Source of the DNA: Balanoglossus misakiensis
Lineage: Eukaryota; Animalia; Hemichordata
Reading direction: 5' to 3'
Assembly: GCA_040954595.2 (NCBI GenBank)
Contig: CM082586.2
Span: forward strand, 8,215,337-8,279,336
Length of the DNA: 64,000 bases
In this document: in pieces, positions 23,600-35,112 of the stretch
Numbering within the stretch: the first letter of the stretch is position 1
Layout of the letters: every line of letters begins with the position of its first letter
Translations under genes and position numbers: made by a program
The notes under the pieces: model-generated
What the model was told of the DNA's origin: nothing
What the model saw: only the letters and a program-made list of their open reading frames with translations
Database searches by the model: none

Positions 23600-24370
23600 T
23601 ATACTCGACTGCTATCAACGAATGACGAGACAAGGTTATCTGTGCCATGAAGACTTTAAGAGCTGCTTCTGGTGTGGTTGAACTTCATCAGAACGGAGCG
23701 GATGGAATCTTGTTTGCAGGTGTGCAAAGAGAGGCAGACATGATTGTTTCAGCTGGTGAAAAAGTACACGCAAAATCTATTTATTCTCAACACCAAATAC
23801 AAGAAAAGATGGCAGTGAAAGGCCACCAGATGACTATCATCCTAGAGCAAGGATCAAACAGCTATTCCAGGAATCATCCATTTCCATTAAAGATGTTAAT
23901 GAACTGTTTGAACTGAGCAGGTCACTGTATGTGGAGATGGACATCTTTAAGGCAGCAGTTGTGTGCATCTGAAACAACAGAAAAGACAAGCAACCGTGAG
24001 GGACAGAGGACGTGAAGAGGAAAGACAGAAGCATGTTGAGAACACCTTTGAACAGTTTGACTGGGAAGAACTTGTAAAAATTGGAGGAATTGCCAAATTA
24101 AAGGTGCCAGAATTAGAAAAGTACCAGCCAAAACATGCCATATCAATTGTTCCTGGAATGCTTAAAAAAGACAAAGTTGAAGCAACCAGATGCCATTATT
24201 ATCAGGCCAAAGACAGCACAGCTGAGACAGAAAGCAGCAGTGATGAGAGTGACAGTGACAGCAGTTCTGATTCTAAGATGGTAGAAGCAGAGTTTGGTTC
24301 AGAGGAAAGTGGGACACAGACTGTGTCTGTGTATTTCAAGAGTACACGTTCAGGACCAAGGGCTACATAG
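23600..24370 (+). pseudogene. Degraded transposon-type ORF remnant with SAP-like C-terminus and acidic tail
   Basis: FDWEELVKIGGIAKLKVPELEKY..KH....KKDKVEA resembles a Ku70-type SAP motif; stops and frameshifts upstream; family uncertain. Confidence 0.35.
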
Positions 24371-24469
24371 AGGAAGACAAAGAGGGCCAGATGTTGACAT
24401 TTTAAAGTCATTGGAAGAGACAGTGTAGATGTATTTGGTTGCTTTAACCCAAGTAATATCGATAAAGTC

Positions 24470-24655
24470 CATATCTGGACGAGAGGGAAGAAAATTTGTT
24501 GGTACGTACAGACATGGAAGATAGCTCTTCAAACAAAATGTCAGACATGAAAAGTTATGGCAAAATATTGTTTCAGAAATGAATAAATCTGATGTGTATG
24601 TGTCTGTTGTACAGGCACGAGATAAGTGGAAAAATCTAAGAAGTTTATACATTGA
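24470..24655 (+). pseudogene. Myb/SANT-like (trihelix) DNA-binding remnant, Harbinger accessory-protein type
   Basis: Frameshifted HIWTRE...LWQNIVSEMNKSDVYVSVVQARDKWKNLRSLY. Confidence 0.55.
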
Positions 24656-24899
24656 AGTCGTCGACATTTATTTATGCTGAATTTGACAATCTCTATGGCA
24701 CAAAAGAATCCACATAACCTACGGTACATGCACAGTTGATTCACACGACATCAACGACAAGACTATTTAAAAGACGTCGACAAAACGACAGCGACAGACA
24801 TGACAAGACATGACTACCGTACCCGGTACAGAAAAAAATTGATCAAAAAAGGCAAATATTGCTCCAAAATTATAAACATGCAAATTTTCCAACAATTTA

Positions 24900-25170
24900 A
24901 ACAAAACTATGGCATCTCAGCCATGCAGTTTTCAGACAAAGGGTCGTGGAGCTACTGATAGAAAGTGCTGTTCCTGCTCCGACGCCAGAGGAAAATCCCA
25001 GGGCAAGGCGTTCCACTGGATTCAATCTTCATCGGCTCACTGAGCGACACTTCCCCTCAAAGATCCCGCCGAAAGAGGGAGCAACAAATCCATCTCCGTT
25101 GAGAGAATGTACCGTTTGTAAAGAAAGACTGAAGGGTACTGATTACCATTATCAGGATGTACCGGTAATA
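24900..25170 (+). mobile_element. piggyBac transposase C-terminal fragment
   Basis: HAVFRQRVVELLI...RLTERHFPSKIPP....PLRECTVC matches the PGBD4-like C-terminal cysteine-rich region. Confidence 0.75.
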
Positions 25171-25429
25171 GTCTTTGCAGACAGAGAATATATTATCGGA
25201 AGCTTTGTCTGCTGGCACAACCACATACTTATACATGTAATGTAATGCTTCTGGGCAGTCACGCACAGTTTGATCATCAAAAGTAGAATGTCCTCTGAAA
25301 CTAATTGAGAACTGGAATGAATCGTCCTACGACAGCAAAATAAGTATATCATCTATGGGAAACTTTTTTTGCAAGATGTACCATCTTGTCAACTTAAAAA
25401 CTGACTGTAATAAAACACTTAGAAGGCAT

Positions 25430-25920
25430 TTGAGAAAGTGGCATTAAATCAAGAAAGCTCTGAAAAGACACATACACTTCAAACAAGTGAGCCTTGAGCG
25501 GCAAGACACATGCGCAATGTGGTTATCTACGTGGGGGTAAGGAAGCTCGACAGGCTGTCTCTCATTTCCAAGCATATTTGGATGGTAAGTGCTATAATAT
25601 GAGGCTAGTTTCTTACTGGAGCAACAGATTCAACATCTTGCATAATATGATAGTGCAGTGTTATAAAACTACCATAGCCGACACCACTTTCTCAACTTTT
25701 TAAAAAAGAAATCGCTAAATCCAAACCAACTGCCCCTAGCAGTAACATAAAAGAAGACCTGTTACAGAAGGTTCCCCTATTGCGGGTGCACTTGGGATCA
25801 TTGACAAACTCATTACTAGTCCCCTTTGGGAGATTTTGGAGACGACCACAGCATCCTGTATGTCAATGATCAACTGCTACAGCTGAAACTTGGTCTTGTG
25901 CAATCCTCCAATCTTCATTG
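25430..25920 (+). mobile_element. Degraded DNA-transposase fragment (hAT-like; family uncertain)
   Basis: Frameshifted FQAYL..SNRFNIL, PNQLPLAV, ALGIIDKLITSPLW..LE, VNDQLLQLK motifs. Confidence 0.4.
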
Positions 25921-26319
25921 CTCAGGTTCTATTATGGGTATACAACCAAGCAGTTGTCTCTGATGAAATTGTTGATTCCATGGCAGAGGTTCTGTCAAAC
26001 ATGTGTCTCTTCTTTGTGATGAAACAACAGACATATCTGTACAGAAAAAGCTGGTAATGTAAAGTAAATAATGTTTCATTTCAACCAGAAACTCGCTATT
26101 ATGACAGTGTTGAATCACTTGGTGGTAAACCAATAACAATTATAGCAGGAATAAAAATATGTTACTATAGATTGGCCAGGCCCCAGCTTGGGTCTGATAT
26201 GGGGCATTGGTGTGATGGGCAAGTATGGTGGGGGTGAAAAACAAGTCTCTTACAAAAGGAAAATCCTAGATTAGTAAACATTCACTGAGTGCATAGCCAA
26301 CAGGTCAGCTTTTATTTAT

Positions 26320-27435
26320 TACAGACGTCTCAATGCCAAAACCATTAAGGACGCTTATGCATTACCCCGGGTACTAAGATACGCTTGACAACCTTAGTGA
26401 AGCGAAGTGGTTTTCATCGCTTGATCTACAGTCTGGATATTTCTACCAAGTAGAGATGGCTGAAGAAGACAAAGCAAAGAGAGCTTTCACTGTGGGCAAC
26501 TTTGGATTATTTGAATTCAACAGTATGTCTATGGGTCTGACCAACGCCCCTGCAACTTTCCAGTGTCTCATGGAGAAGTGTTTTGGAGAATTGGCATTCA
26601 GAGAATGTTGTGTGTATTTAGATGAAATAATAGTTTTTTCCAAGACATTTGAAGACCACCTTTAAAGTTAATAGATTGGAGCGGGTTTTTCAGAGTTTGG
26701 CTTTACATTGATTAAAGTTGAAGGCAACTAACTTGTTCTATTCCAGAAGAAGGTAACATATCTTGGACATGTGGTATCAGCAGATGGAATTGCATCGGAC
26801 CCAGACCAGGTAGCAGACCTGAGGGAATGGCCTGTACCAACAACTTTAACAGAACTGAGAAGATTTATGGGATTTGCAGGATATTACAGAAGAGTTATCC
26901 AAAACTACAGTAATATTGCTAATCAAGCCACTGAACGACTTGCTGTGTGGACGTCAGTCAAGAAATAAGGCGGGGAAATTTGAAAAACTCCAGTGGAGAC
27001 AACAGGAACAACAAGCTTTCGACACTCTGAGGGAGACCCTGGTGTCGTCACCAATACTAGCCTTTGCTGACTACTCACTTCCATTTGAAATACATACTGA
27101 TGCAAGTTCCACAGGTCTGGGAGCAGTGCTGTATCAATGGAAGAGAAAAGGTTACCTCCGGGTAATTGCCTATGCAAGTAGAGGACTCACAAAGTCTGAA
27201 AGTAATTATCCAGCTCACAAATTAGAATTTTTGGCAATTGAAAATCAGTATGAAACAAAATGTACTTTTGCACTGTGAGTTGTAACAAATCTTACTTTTT
27301 CTATCTTTGTAAGCGATAATCTTTACTGACCTCGCTTGTTGTTTTGTGTTTTGTGTTGTATTTGTTGTTTCATTTGTTTCCAATAAAAAAAGAAAGATTT
27401 TTGGCAATGAAATGGGCAGTCACCAAGAAGTTCGG
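26320..27435 (+). mobile_element. Ty3/Gypsy pol remnant (RT-RNase H), frameshifted, no LTRs
   Basis: YRRLNAKTIKDAYALP, FSSLDLQSGY, MGLTNAPATFQ, VYLDEIIVFS (YLDD decayed), LRRFMGFAGYYRR, HTDASSTGLGAVL, IAYASRGL..E.NYPAHKLEFLA, resuming MKWAVT after an insertion. Confidence 0.92.
27239..27396 (+). mobile_element. 158-bp retroposed 3' end (LINE/SINE tail) inserted in the Gypsy RNase H region
   Basis: AATAAA plus A-rich end; 12-bp TSD atttttggcaat at 27227-27238 and 27397-27408; the Gypsy frame resumes after it. Confidence 0.75.
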
Positions 27436-27449
27436 AAACAACCGTGATA

Positions 27450-30400
27450 AGTTTGACATGCATCAAATTTCTTAAATTCATAGTCAGTGAAATGGCAGAG
27501 AAGTTGATGCTAAAACAAAGCAAAGATGAGTTTGACATCAGTGACTTTGTTTCACAAAATATTGACCCGTATCTGTGGAATTTTATTTTAAGCTGACGAT
27601 GAATAACACTGAGCAAGCTGATTTCTGTCAAACTGAAATCGACATGTTTGACTCTAAGAAATGTTACACTAAAAAAATTAATGACAAACCAGAGAACTAT
27701 CTAATCTTGGCTGTTTTATGAAGCGCTTGTACCGTATATTGTGTCAAGTATTATGTTATTGACTATAAATTCAGCAAATGTTAAAATAATTTGCACAGAT
27801 TTGGTGCAGTTTCATCCAAAGACAGCCTACAGAGACGTAAAGTTGACATATGTGAAAAAAACAATGCTGGAAGGACCTAAGATTAGCAATGAATGTTTCA
27901 TTGCTGTCTCTATTGACAATGTTGACAAGCCAAGTTCATATACCGTTACAACAGTACATACTAAATGATGACCATGCTAGGTACATTTCAATGAAAGAAA
28001 GAATGTCAATGTTCACAACAGAAGCGACTGAAGTTTCAAATGTTGTTTATTTGGATGTGCTTGACCTGTCAGCTGACAATATAGAAACCATATGAAAGCT
28101 GTTCTGAAGAAACTATATACCCATATACAGGTATAGCAGATGCGTCTTGTCAAATTCTTTTCACACCTCATGAATATATTAATATCTACAAGCACCAGCT
28201 GCAAATTCCACAGATGGACTGTGGTTGGACTGACCCACTTGATATTCATCACTATAATTAACACCTATTTGGCAAAGTCCCCAGCATCCATACCAATGGA
28301 TCCCACAGCAGCATTTACAACCAGCCTTCAACAAGACACAGTGGTCTTTCTACAACAAGCTACAATGGCTGAACCAAAAGTTAATTCATTTGAAACATCA
28401 TGTAAAGTCACTCTAGCAGGTGGGTCTTGTCAAATACTTTTCACACCTCATATATCATGTATATACCCAGTTTGGTGTTGGCAAGTATATTAATTATCTG
28501 GTGGTAGTCCAAGATGGCAAAACATACGACTACTTAAAATTAAAGAAACAATAATGGCTTAGATTTGGCATGGTTATTACCTTACCCTGGAGACTGGCAC
28601 ATTGTTAAAACATTTCAAGGAATAATGAAAATATATCTAGATGCTGGGTTGAAAGAACTTGTCACTCTTTTCCATTTTGGAAAAACTGCTACATCACTAA
28701 TGCAAGCTACCAACTTTGACAGAACCCACCGATTTTTACTGCAAGTATGGGAAGCAATATACAGAGTGGAAATCGATAAATTCATGAAATACAGGTGTGG
28801 TGATCAGCAATCATGCATGCTATCTGAAAAAGAAATATATGAAGCATGCATTGAAAACTTGCAAAGAGAGCCTGATCATTTTGATTTGCTGGATGATACA
28901 GCAGGCTGAGCAGAAATTAGAGTACTTCACTCAAAGAAAATGTATCTGGCTTTGAGGCAGAGTTTGACAGCTTTACACAGAACTGCATGGCAAAAAACAG
29001 CACCTGGAAATTTGGGCATGATTTCATACACAGGGACATGATGACATATATTGCATTGTTCATATCTCTTAGAAATAAAAATTTCAATTTGCGTAATGCA
29101 GCTCTCAAGGAAATGGCACCACTGTTTCACAGTTTTGACAGGTTGAATTGCCTGAGGCTTGTATGTGCTTGAGGGAATGGAGGAAATTTTAGCTCTTCCA
29201 TAAACTTTGAAAATGTTGTGCTTGCCAGTTTGGATAATTTTGATATTGGTCAGCCATATGCTGGTGTGTCTGCATCGTTTATCTGAGAAAAGAGCTGACA
29301 TTTCTGTCAGTAATCATCTGGAGGGAATCGGTAAAAAATAACCATCTGGAAGACATAGAAAGTTTATTGGATACACACACCTATGCTCTCAGCATCTAGC
29401 GGATTGAAAATGCTTCCCTCCATCTGTTGTCAAGTATATCTACAGTGGGGGTTTTGCTGTCAGTCTGTCAGGTAGAAAATGGAAATGTGTTGCCCTGGAC
29501 GAATGCCATGAAATGTGCATTAATAAAGATGTGAAAGAAGCCATGCGCTCCACACAAAGAGAAGCACTTTCCAGGCTCACATTCTATCTTCCCCACAGGG
29601 CATTGCTTCACAAAAACATCAAAAAAAGCAAATATTTAATGATGCAAGTATGTCATCATCCCATGAGTCACTCTCTGAAATGAAGCATACAGAAATGAAT
29701 ATCAGATCATATATTGACAATTAGTATGATCAAATAAACTTTTTGATTCTTCATCTTGTGGCACTGACTGTCTTAGTCATGTTTTTAAATAAAACACTCA
29801 ATGGTCAGGATGCACATGATTTATTAACATTCAGGACTGTGGGTGCATGGAGCACCTTTTCTTTCCTTTAACACCTCTTGGGAAAGGCAGATCAGAAGTT
29901 CTGCCTAAATTCTACTACTACTACTACTAATACTAATAATAACAATAACAATAATAATAATCTAAATTTTTAAATGAGTGGGCTGGATTCAAAACTAAGA
30001 TGAGGAGTCTTTTCGAGCACATGTTCAGAGCAAAGTGAAAAGATGGCGGCGAGATGTGTGAATTGTGGCGACATTTTTGAAACAAAGTCAAGGGGATTTA
30101 AAAAACATTTTCTTGGGAAAAATATCACAAGTGCTGAGAGTGTTGGTGATGCCCTGGAGCACCTTTTCTCCCCTTTACCACGTCCTGTTTGTGAAAAGAA
30201 GATCAGAAGTTCTGTCTAGACATTTGTACCAGGTTTGCTTCCTCCTACTACAAAGAGCAAGAAACAAGCAGTTCCACATTCGGAATGCAGAAGGGACTTT
30301 TTTATATGCAAAGAGGAAAATAAACACACCAACACGAACACCAAGATCACGAAAGAGGAACCAATCAGATGAGGCAAAAACAGAAGGAAGGAAGGTTAGT

Positions 30401-30950
30401 GGAGAAAGCAATTTTATCTTCAATATTATGAAGTAATTTTGTCAGTGGTTATTTTTGAATGGTTATATCACTCTAAATACATTATAGGAAAGTGATAAAT
30501 TTGCTCAAACATGATAGTCCCGTAAAAGACTTTGAATATTGTATTCAGTGACCTTAACATTAAACAAACTTGCTAAAGATGAGAAGGCTGCCCAAAGGGA
30601 AGATAGGATCAAAACAGACAATGCCTCTCTAAAGACAATGAAGGAGCTGGGTTTCTGCAATGTTAGGTGTGATGTACCGGTATACAGATGACTGTTTGCT
30701 CTTTTAAGGATAACATTGACACAAGTGTGTATATTTTTCACTTGGTTTAAATGCAGTAAATCTCACCACAACATTTTCTATATTGCCTGTTTTGTGATGA
30801 TGAAGGAGATCAGGGTGAATATGACACCTCAATGAATGCTGACGTTTCAGGTTTTGGATTGTCTCCAATGGACAGTGATTCTGACATCAGTGATAGTGAC
30901 ATCTGTGAAATGGCTGGAGGGATTCAACCTGTACCATCTACATCTACCCC
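27450..30950 (+). mobile_element. Degraded Academ-like (DUF6589-type) DNA transposase with Cys-rich, acidic C-terminus
   Basis: WLLPYPGDWH, IMKIYLDAGLKEL, THRFLLQVWEA, WKF..DFI..D...YIALF.S.R..NF.LR.AALKEMAPLF..FDR, GGFAVSLSG..W..VALDECHEMCINKDVK; many stops, frameshifts and internal duplications. Confidence 0.6.
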
Positions 30951-31049
30951 CTTTCAGATTTAGTACACATATTTCTATGGCTTTATATACAAACATTGTC
31001 TCCATCCTTTGTTCATATATACCAGTCATTTGCTGGAAGAGAGTTCAAA

Positions 31050-31500
31050 TTATGGGCCCAGGTGGTGTTGTGTATTCTTGCTGGACACATACCCACCCAA
31101 TATTTGACACTATGGCATCGTATTGGTGAGGTACGACTGTCATGACAATGACTGACATAATATCATCCAATAACCCCAGTAACACCAAGCTGGGCAAGAC
31201 TATGTTTGACCTCTACCAGTCCACCTTAGACAAGATGCAATGTTTACACACCCTTTGGGTTCAGGGTAGTGAGAATGTGATTTTAAGAAAGAAGTAGAGA
31301 ACCATACGCAGACTAGTTAGTGTATTGGGATGATCCCAGAAAACTCTTTGGTAAATCAGTCCTCCAACGTTAACAGTGTTTTGATGATGACCATGCATGT
31401 CCCCAGTGGTAGGTATACGAAGCCAAAGTTATATAATTTCTTTAAATTCCTTAGCAACTACCCGTAAATATCAAATTAAACACCGTATGTTGATACACCA
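31050..31500 (+). mobile_element. Polinton/Maverick DNA polymerase B remnant
   Basis: KLGKTMFDLYQSTLDKMQ.L..LGFRVV..ECDFKKEVE...DPRNSL across frameshifts resembles the Polinton polB segment TM.ELY..T..K..L..G..V...WECDF..PRD. Confidence 0.5.
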
Positions 31501-31629
31501 GATGACATTTATGAATTTGATTTGTTATCTAATTTCAAGAAGGGGGACTTAATAATTAAAGAGTAAAGGGGCTAGTGCAATGTATTTAAAACCAGACAAT
31601 GTATACAAAAGTGCTGAGATTCATGACAG

Positions 31630-32250
31630 TTAAATTTCTCATTTTATTTGATTTCCGCATTTGCCAGAATCCATATGACTCCGTCTGACTTGTAAATTGT
31701 AATAAATGTACAAATTTCTGACATGAGTTGCATATATAATATAGTGATATTCAATTTTATACACAGGATGGAAGACCAAAAGAGTAATCTGACCTTTAAC
31801 CTGCTGGCATTCAAATGCAACAAAATTGTATGAAAAAAGATATGAAAACATTAACATTTACCACTTCTTTACCACATACCGGTAATTGGACTGCGGAGTT
31901 GGTTTTATTAGAGAGAATGTTTACTTTTTATTTAGTCAGCATTTATAAGAAGTCATCATTTCAAAATGAAGGACTACATCATGTATCTCATTAGGCATTG
32001 GTCCATATGTAATTTTTGTGAAGGCAGCAATTCTGTGCATCTTTTATTTGATGATCCCCATTCGCCCACTCCAAAGGATCTTGAACATGGCCGTAGAGAC
32101 ACTTAAAAAAAAGACTAAGTGTAAAAATATATGAACATCTAAGTCTTAATTCAGACATTCCAAAAGAAAAGTGGATATTATTCCTGGCTGAACATGCAAA
32201 CAAACGATATCTAGCAAAACTTCTCCCCATGGAGTTAAATTTATTACAAC
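31630..32250 (-). mobile_element. Possible highly decayed LINE (Tx1/L1-like) ORF2 3' region
   Basis: Weak, frameshifted similarity to LINE C-terminal regions on the minus strand; no diagnostic motif intact. Confidence 0.2.
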
Positions 32251-32835
32251 AATTTCCTGCTCATACATACATTTTTTTCACTGTAATCTGTTGATGGACT
32301 TGATTGATTGCAATATGAGAGGAAAGACAATTTGTGAGTTAGAGCTATGCACCTCCATAGTTAGGGTTATACTCCATCATGTTGATTTATCTCTGTACAC
32401 GTGTTGTCACTTATGCTCTACAATATCCATTTTTCAGACCGATCAGCATAGAACACCACAACAAAATTGGGAAGTTGGAAGAAAGGTTTCCGGTGGCTAC
32501 AAAGGAGTTAAAGCCGAGTTCATGGAAAATAGAGAACAGAGGCAAACTTTCCAGTATACGCAGAAATGTGCATTGAAGAAAAAAGTAGGTTTATTTTTTC
32601 AAATCGGAAAACGTACTTTTCAAATTATATGCCCGCCCTCACATGAAATGCCCACAGAAAATAATAAAGATGGTCGTTGAGGTCACACTTGCACAAATGG
32701 AGGCCATTGGGAATCTCAGTTGCCATAGGGCAAATGCTTGTTTATATTATTCATCCCTGACTGTCATCCCTGATGGAGCTATCGTTTGTTCACTCGTACA
32801 GGTATTTGGGCGTCTTAATAACCAGCTCTTTTGTT

Positions 32836-33350
32836 GATGATGGCGACATTAAGAGACAAATGCGTTTACTGTATATTCATGGCAACTTTCTGTTTCAGTT
32901 TAGAAGATGGCGCACTGTTCCACACAGGTGAAAACCAGACTATTTAAGTCATTTTGCACAAATTTATACTGCTGTCAGCTCTGGACAAACTTCACTAAGT
33001 ACTCCCTTCACAAAAATTTGTGTGGCCTACAATAATTGTTTCAGGCGATGTAGTATTAGTACCATGTTTGTCGTTCACAACGTACTGTCTTTTGGTGAGC
33101 AATTGCGTAAAGGTGTATTTAATTTTATGAACAAAATCAAGAACTCTGAGAATCTATATATTAAGAATATTTATGCTTGTACATATATTGATTCACTACA
33201 GTGCAGACACTGGTGGAAAATGTTATACTTATTATTGTACTTATTAACTTTGTGTGTATCTGTGACATTTATTTTTATATGTATATATATACATATATAT
33301 CATTTTTTTTTCTATGGGCCTGGAGCCTGATTCAAATAAATAAATAAATA
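32836..33350 (+). mobile_element. LINE 3' fragment (RTE-X/Proto2-like) with (TAAA)n tail
   Basis: DDGDIKRQMR.LY..GN, VK.RLFKSFCTNLYCCQLW, VAYNNCFR..SISTMFV..N...F...RK; ends in aaataaataaataaat. Confidence 0.7.
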
Positions 33351-33529
33351 TATATATATAATAAATGCCTCAGACAGGATGACTGAAACCGGTGAAAATC
33401 ACCTATACAATGTGTCACCCAAAAATGAAAAATTTACATGGGAAAGAAAACAAACACAAATGTTACAATAAAAAGAAACAAAAATACAGCATAAAAAAGA
33501 GCTTATAAAAACAGATAAACATCTATATT

Positions 33530-33790
33530 GGTCTACACCTGCTAATCAGTGGGATAAAGAATGTATCTTGATGCAGCTCTTTAGATTTTTTAAATTTTAA
33601 CTAAGTTACAACTAGACTGGGCTGCCCAAACAACTCTTGCATACACCACAGGGCTACACAGTAGAGACAGATAAATAGTGTTTTGGTGTGACATTTGTAG
33701 CCACAAGTGTATTTTATCATGCCAAGTAATCTATTAGATTTCATGCAAATACTGACAATACGAGCGTTCCAATTCAGATCGATAGTGAGA
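33530..33790 (-). mobile_element. CR1/L2-type LINE RT fragment
   Basis: Minus-strand DLNWNARIVSICMKSNRLLGMIK.TC, then degenerate LY.SL..P..YA..VW.P and IQRAA.RYIL. Confidence 0.55.
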
Positions 33791-35025
33791 TCAAAACAAA
33801 ATCAAAGTCATTTTTAATTGGAAACTAGCCGATAAAAATGAACGACACAGCGCAAAGACGTGTGAAAGTCTCCCAAGTCTGCAAATGAGGCCGCACCTTT
33901 CGTACGGGGGAACCCTCACTACAAACTGCCTCCAAGTTGGCCATGGCGGAGAGACCTAAACACACACGTCCCGGAATGTGCAGGACCCAACACTCACTCG
34001 GAAAATTCACTCAATACATTCTCAGGCGAGTATGAACCCAGACGGACCGGACCCAAACGTCACACTAAAATCCCGACACATTTTTGTCACAAAACCTCTG
34101 GCCGAACGGGCCACCAAGTACCGACCGGCCTCACCCAGAGAAAATCCTGTCTGTGGCAGAGCTGTGACGCGGCTCGTCGCGGACACAGCCATCCCATTCC
34201 CAGTGCCATCCGACTTCACGCCAACCCCAACCTCTAGACACGACGCCAAGGGACTCGTGACCAAGACCTCGGCTCGATCTAGTTCAACCGTCAGAGTGAA
34301 TCTTTACAAGAACGACACAGGCGAGCGAGCGGCTCTCCTTCAGCTGTTCCTCCATCGAGAATCTCCCCAGCATGCAGCAGCCTCTCCCCGCCACGTGCTG
34401 CACTATCGTCATAGCAACACAACCTCGTTCGACGACAATATGATAGAGGTACATGGGCCGACCCTGAGCTAATGCTGAATCAGATTCATTCTGATCACAA
34501 AGCAAACGGCGTTTTTCAGGGCAACCACCTCCTGTAAAAATAGTTCATCCGTTGAATAAAATTCACATGTTTTCGATCTTACATGACGGTCACTCAGAAA
34601 GCTGTGCATGTTCATGTATCCTCTGGCGCCCGCTGTACGTGTTCAACTCTTTCATGTCACAAACTTTCTACGACAGGTTCGGATAATCGGCGTTCGACTG
34701 TATACAGCACTATCATACTGGAACAATTAGTCTTGCTACTGCTCGTCCTTTCGTGAAATACCTATGTTCACGCTGATTTCTGTCCTAGGTATATCTAAAA
34801 CAACAGAAAAGCTGTGGTATAAATGTAATAGTAAAGTCACGTAGCGTTGTTGTTTGAAGGCCCAACAATAAATCAAACTGCCTGGCTGTATTGTTTATAG
34901 TCGGGTAGATTTGTCAATCTGGCCGAAGCGATTCTGATCAACTCGATTGAAGCAGGAAGACACGCGCACTCCAACACGTATTAAGCTAAGTTGAAAACAC
35001 CACTCTGCTGGAACTACTGTGAAGG

Positions 35026-35112
35026 TAGTCTGGTCCCCTGCCCCAATCCCACCGCTGGGTGCGCTACGCTAAAGGGCAGCCAGCGGTGGGATTAGGGCAG
35101 GGGACCAGACTA
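35026..35112. mobile_element. 87-bp palindromic MITE with 9-bp TSD and TAG..CTA ends (AcademH/MULE-type target signature)
   Basis: tagtctggtcccctgccc.aatcccaccgctgg ... ccagcggtgggatt.gggcaggggaccagacta flanked by ctgtgaagg at 35017-35025 and 35113-35121. Confidence 0.85.

Noticed and set aside
28136-30220. Short imperfect duplications (~28136-28180 vs ~28416-28455; ~29848-29907 vs ~30154-30218)
   Set aside because: Local rearrangements within a decayed transposase; no regular repeat-spacer structure, so not CRISPR-like.
32291-32680. Overlapping ORFs with a possible ttttcag acceptor at ~32437
   Set aside because: No recognisable domain or partner exons; lies inside the transposon mosaic.
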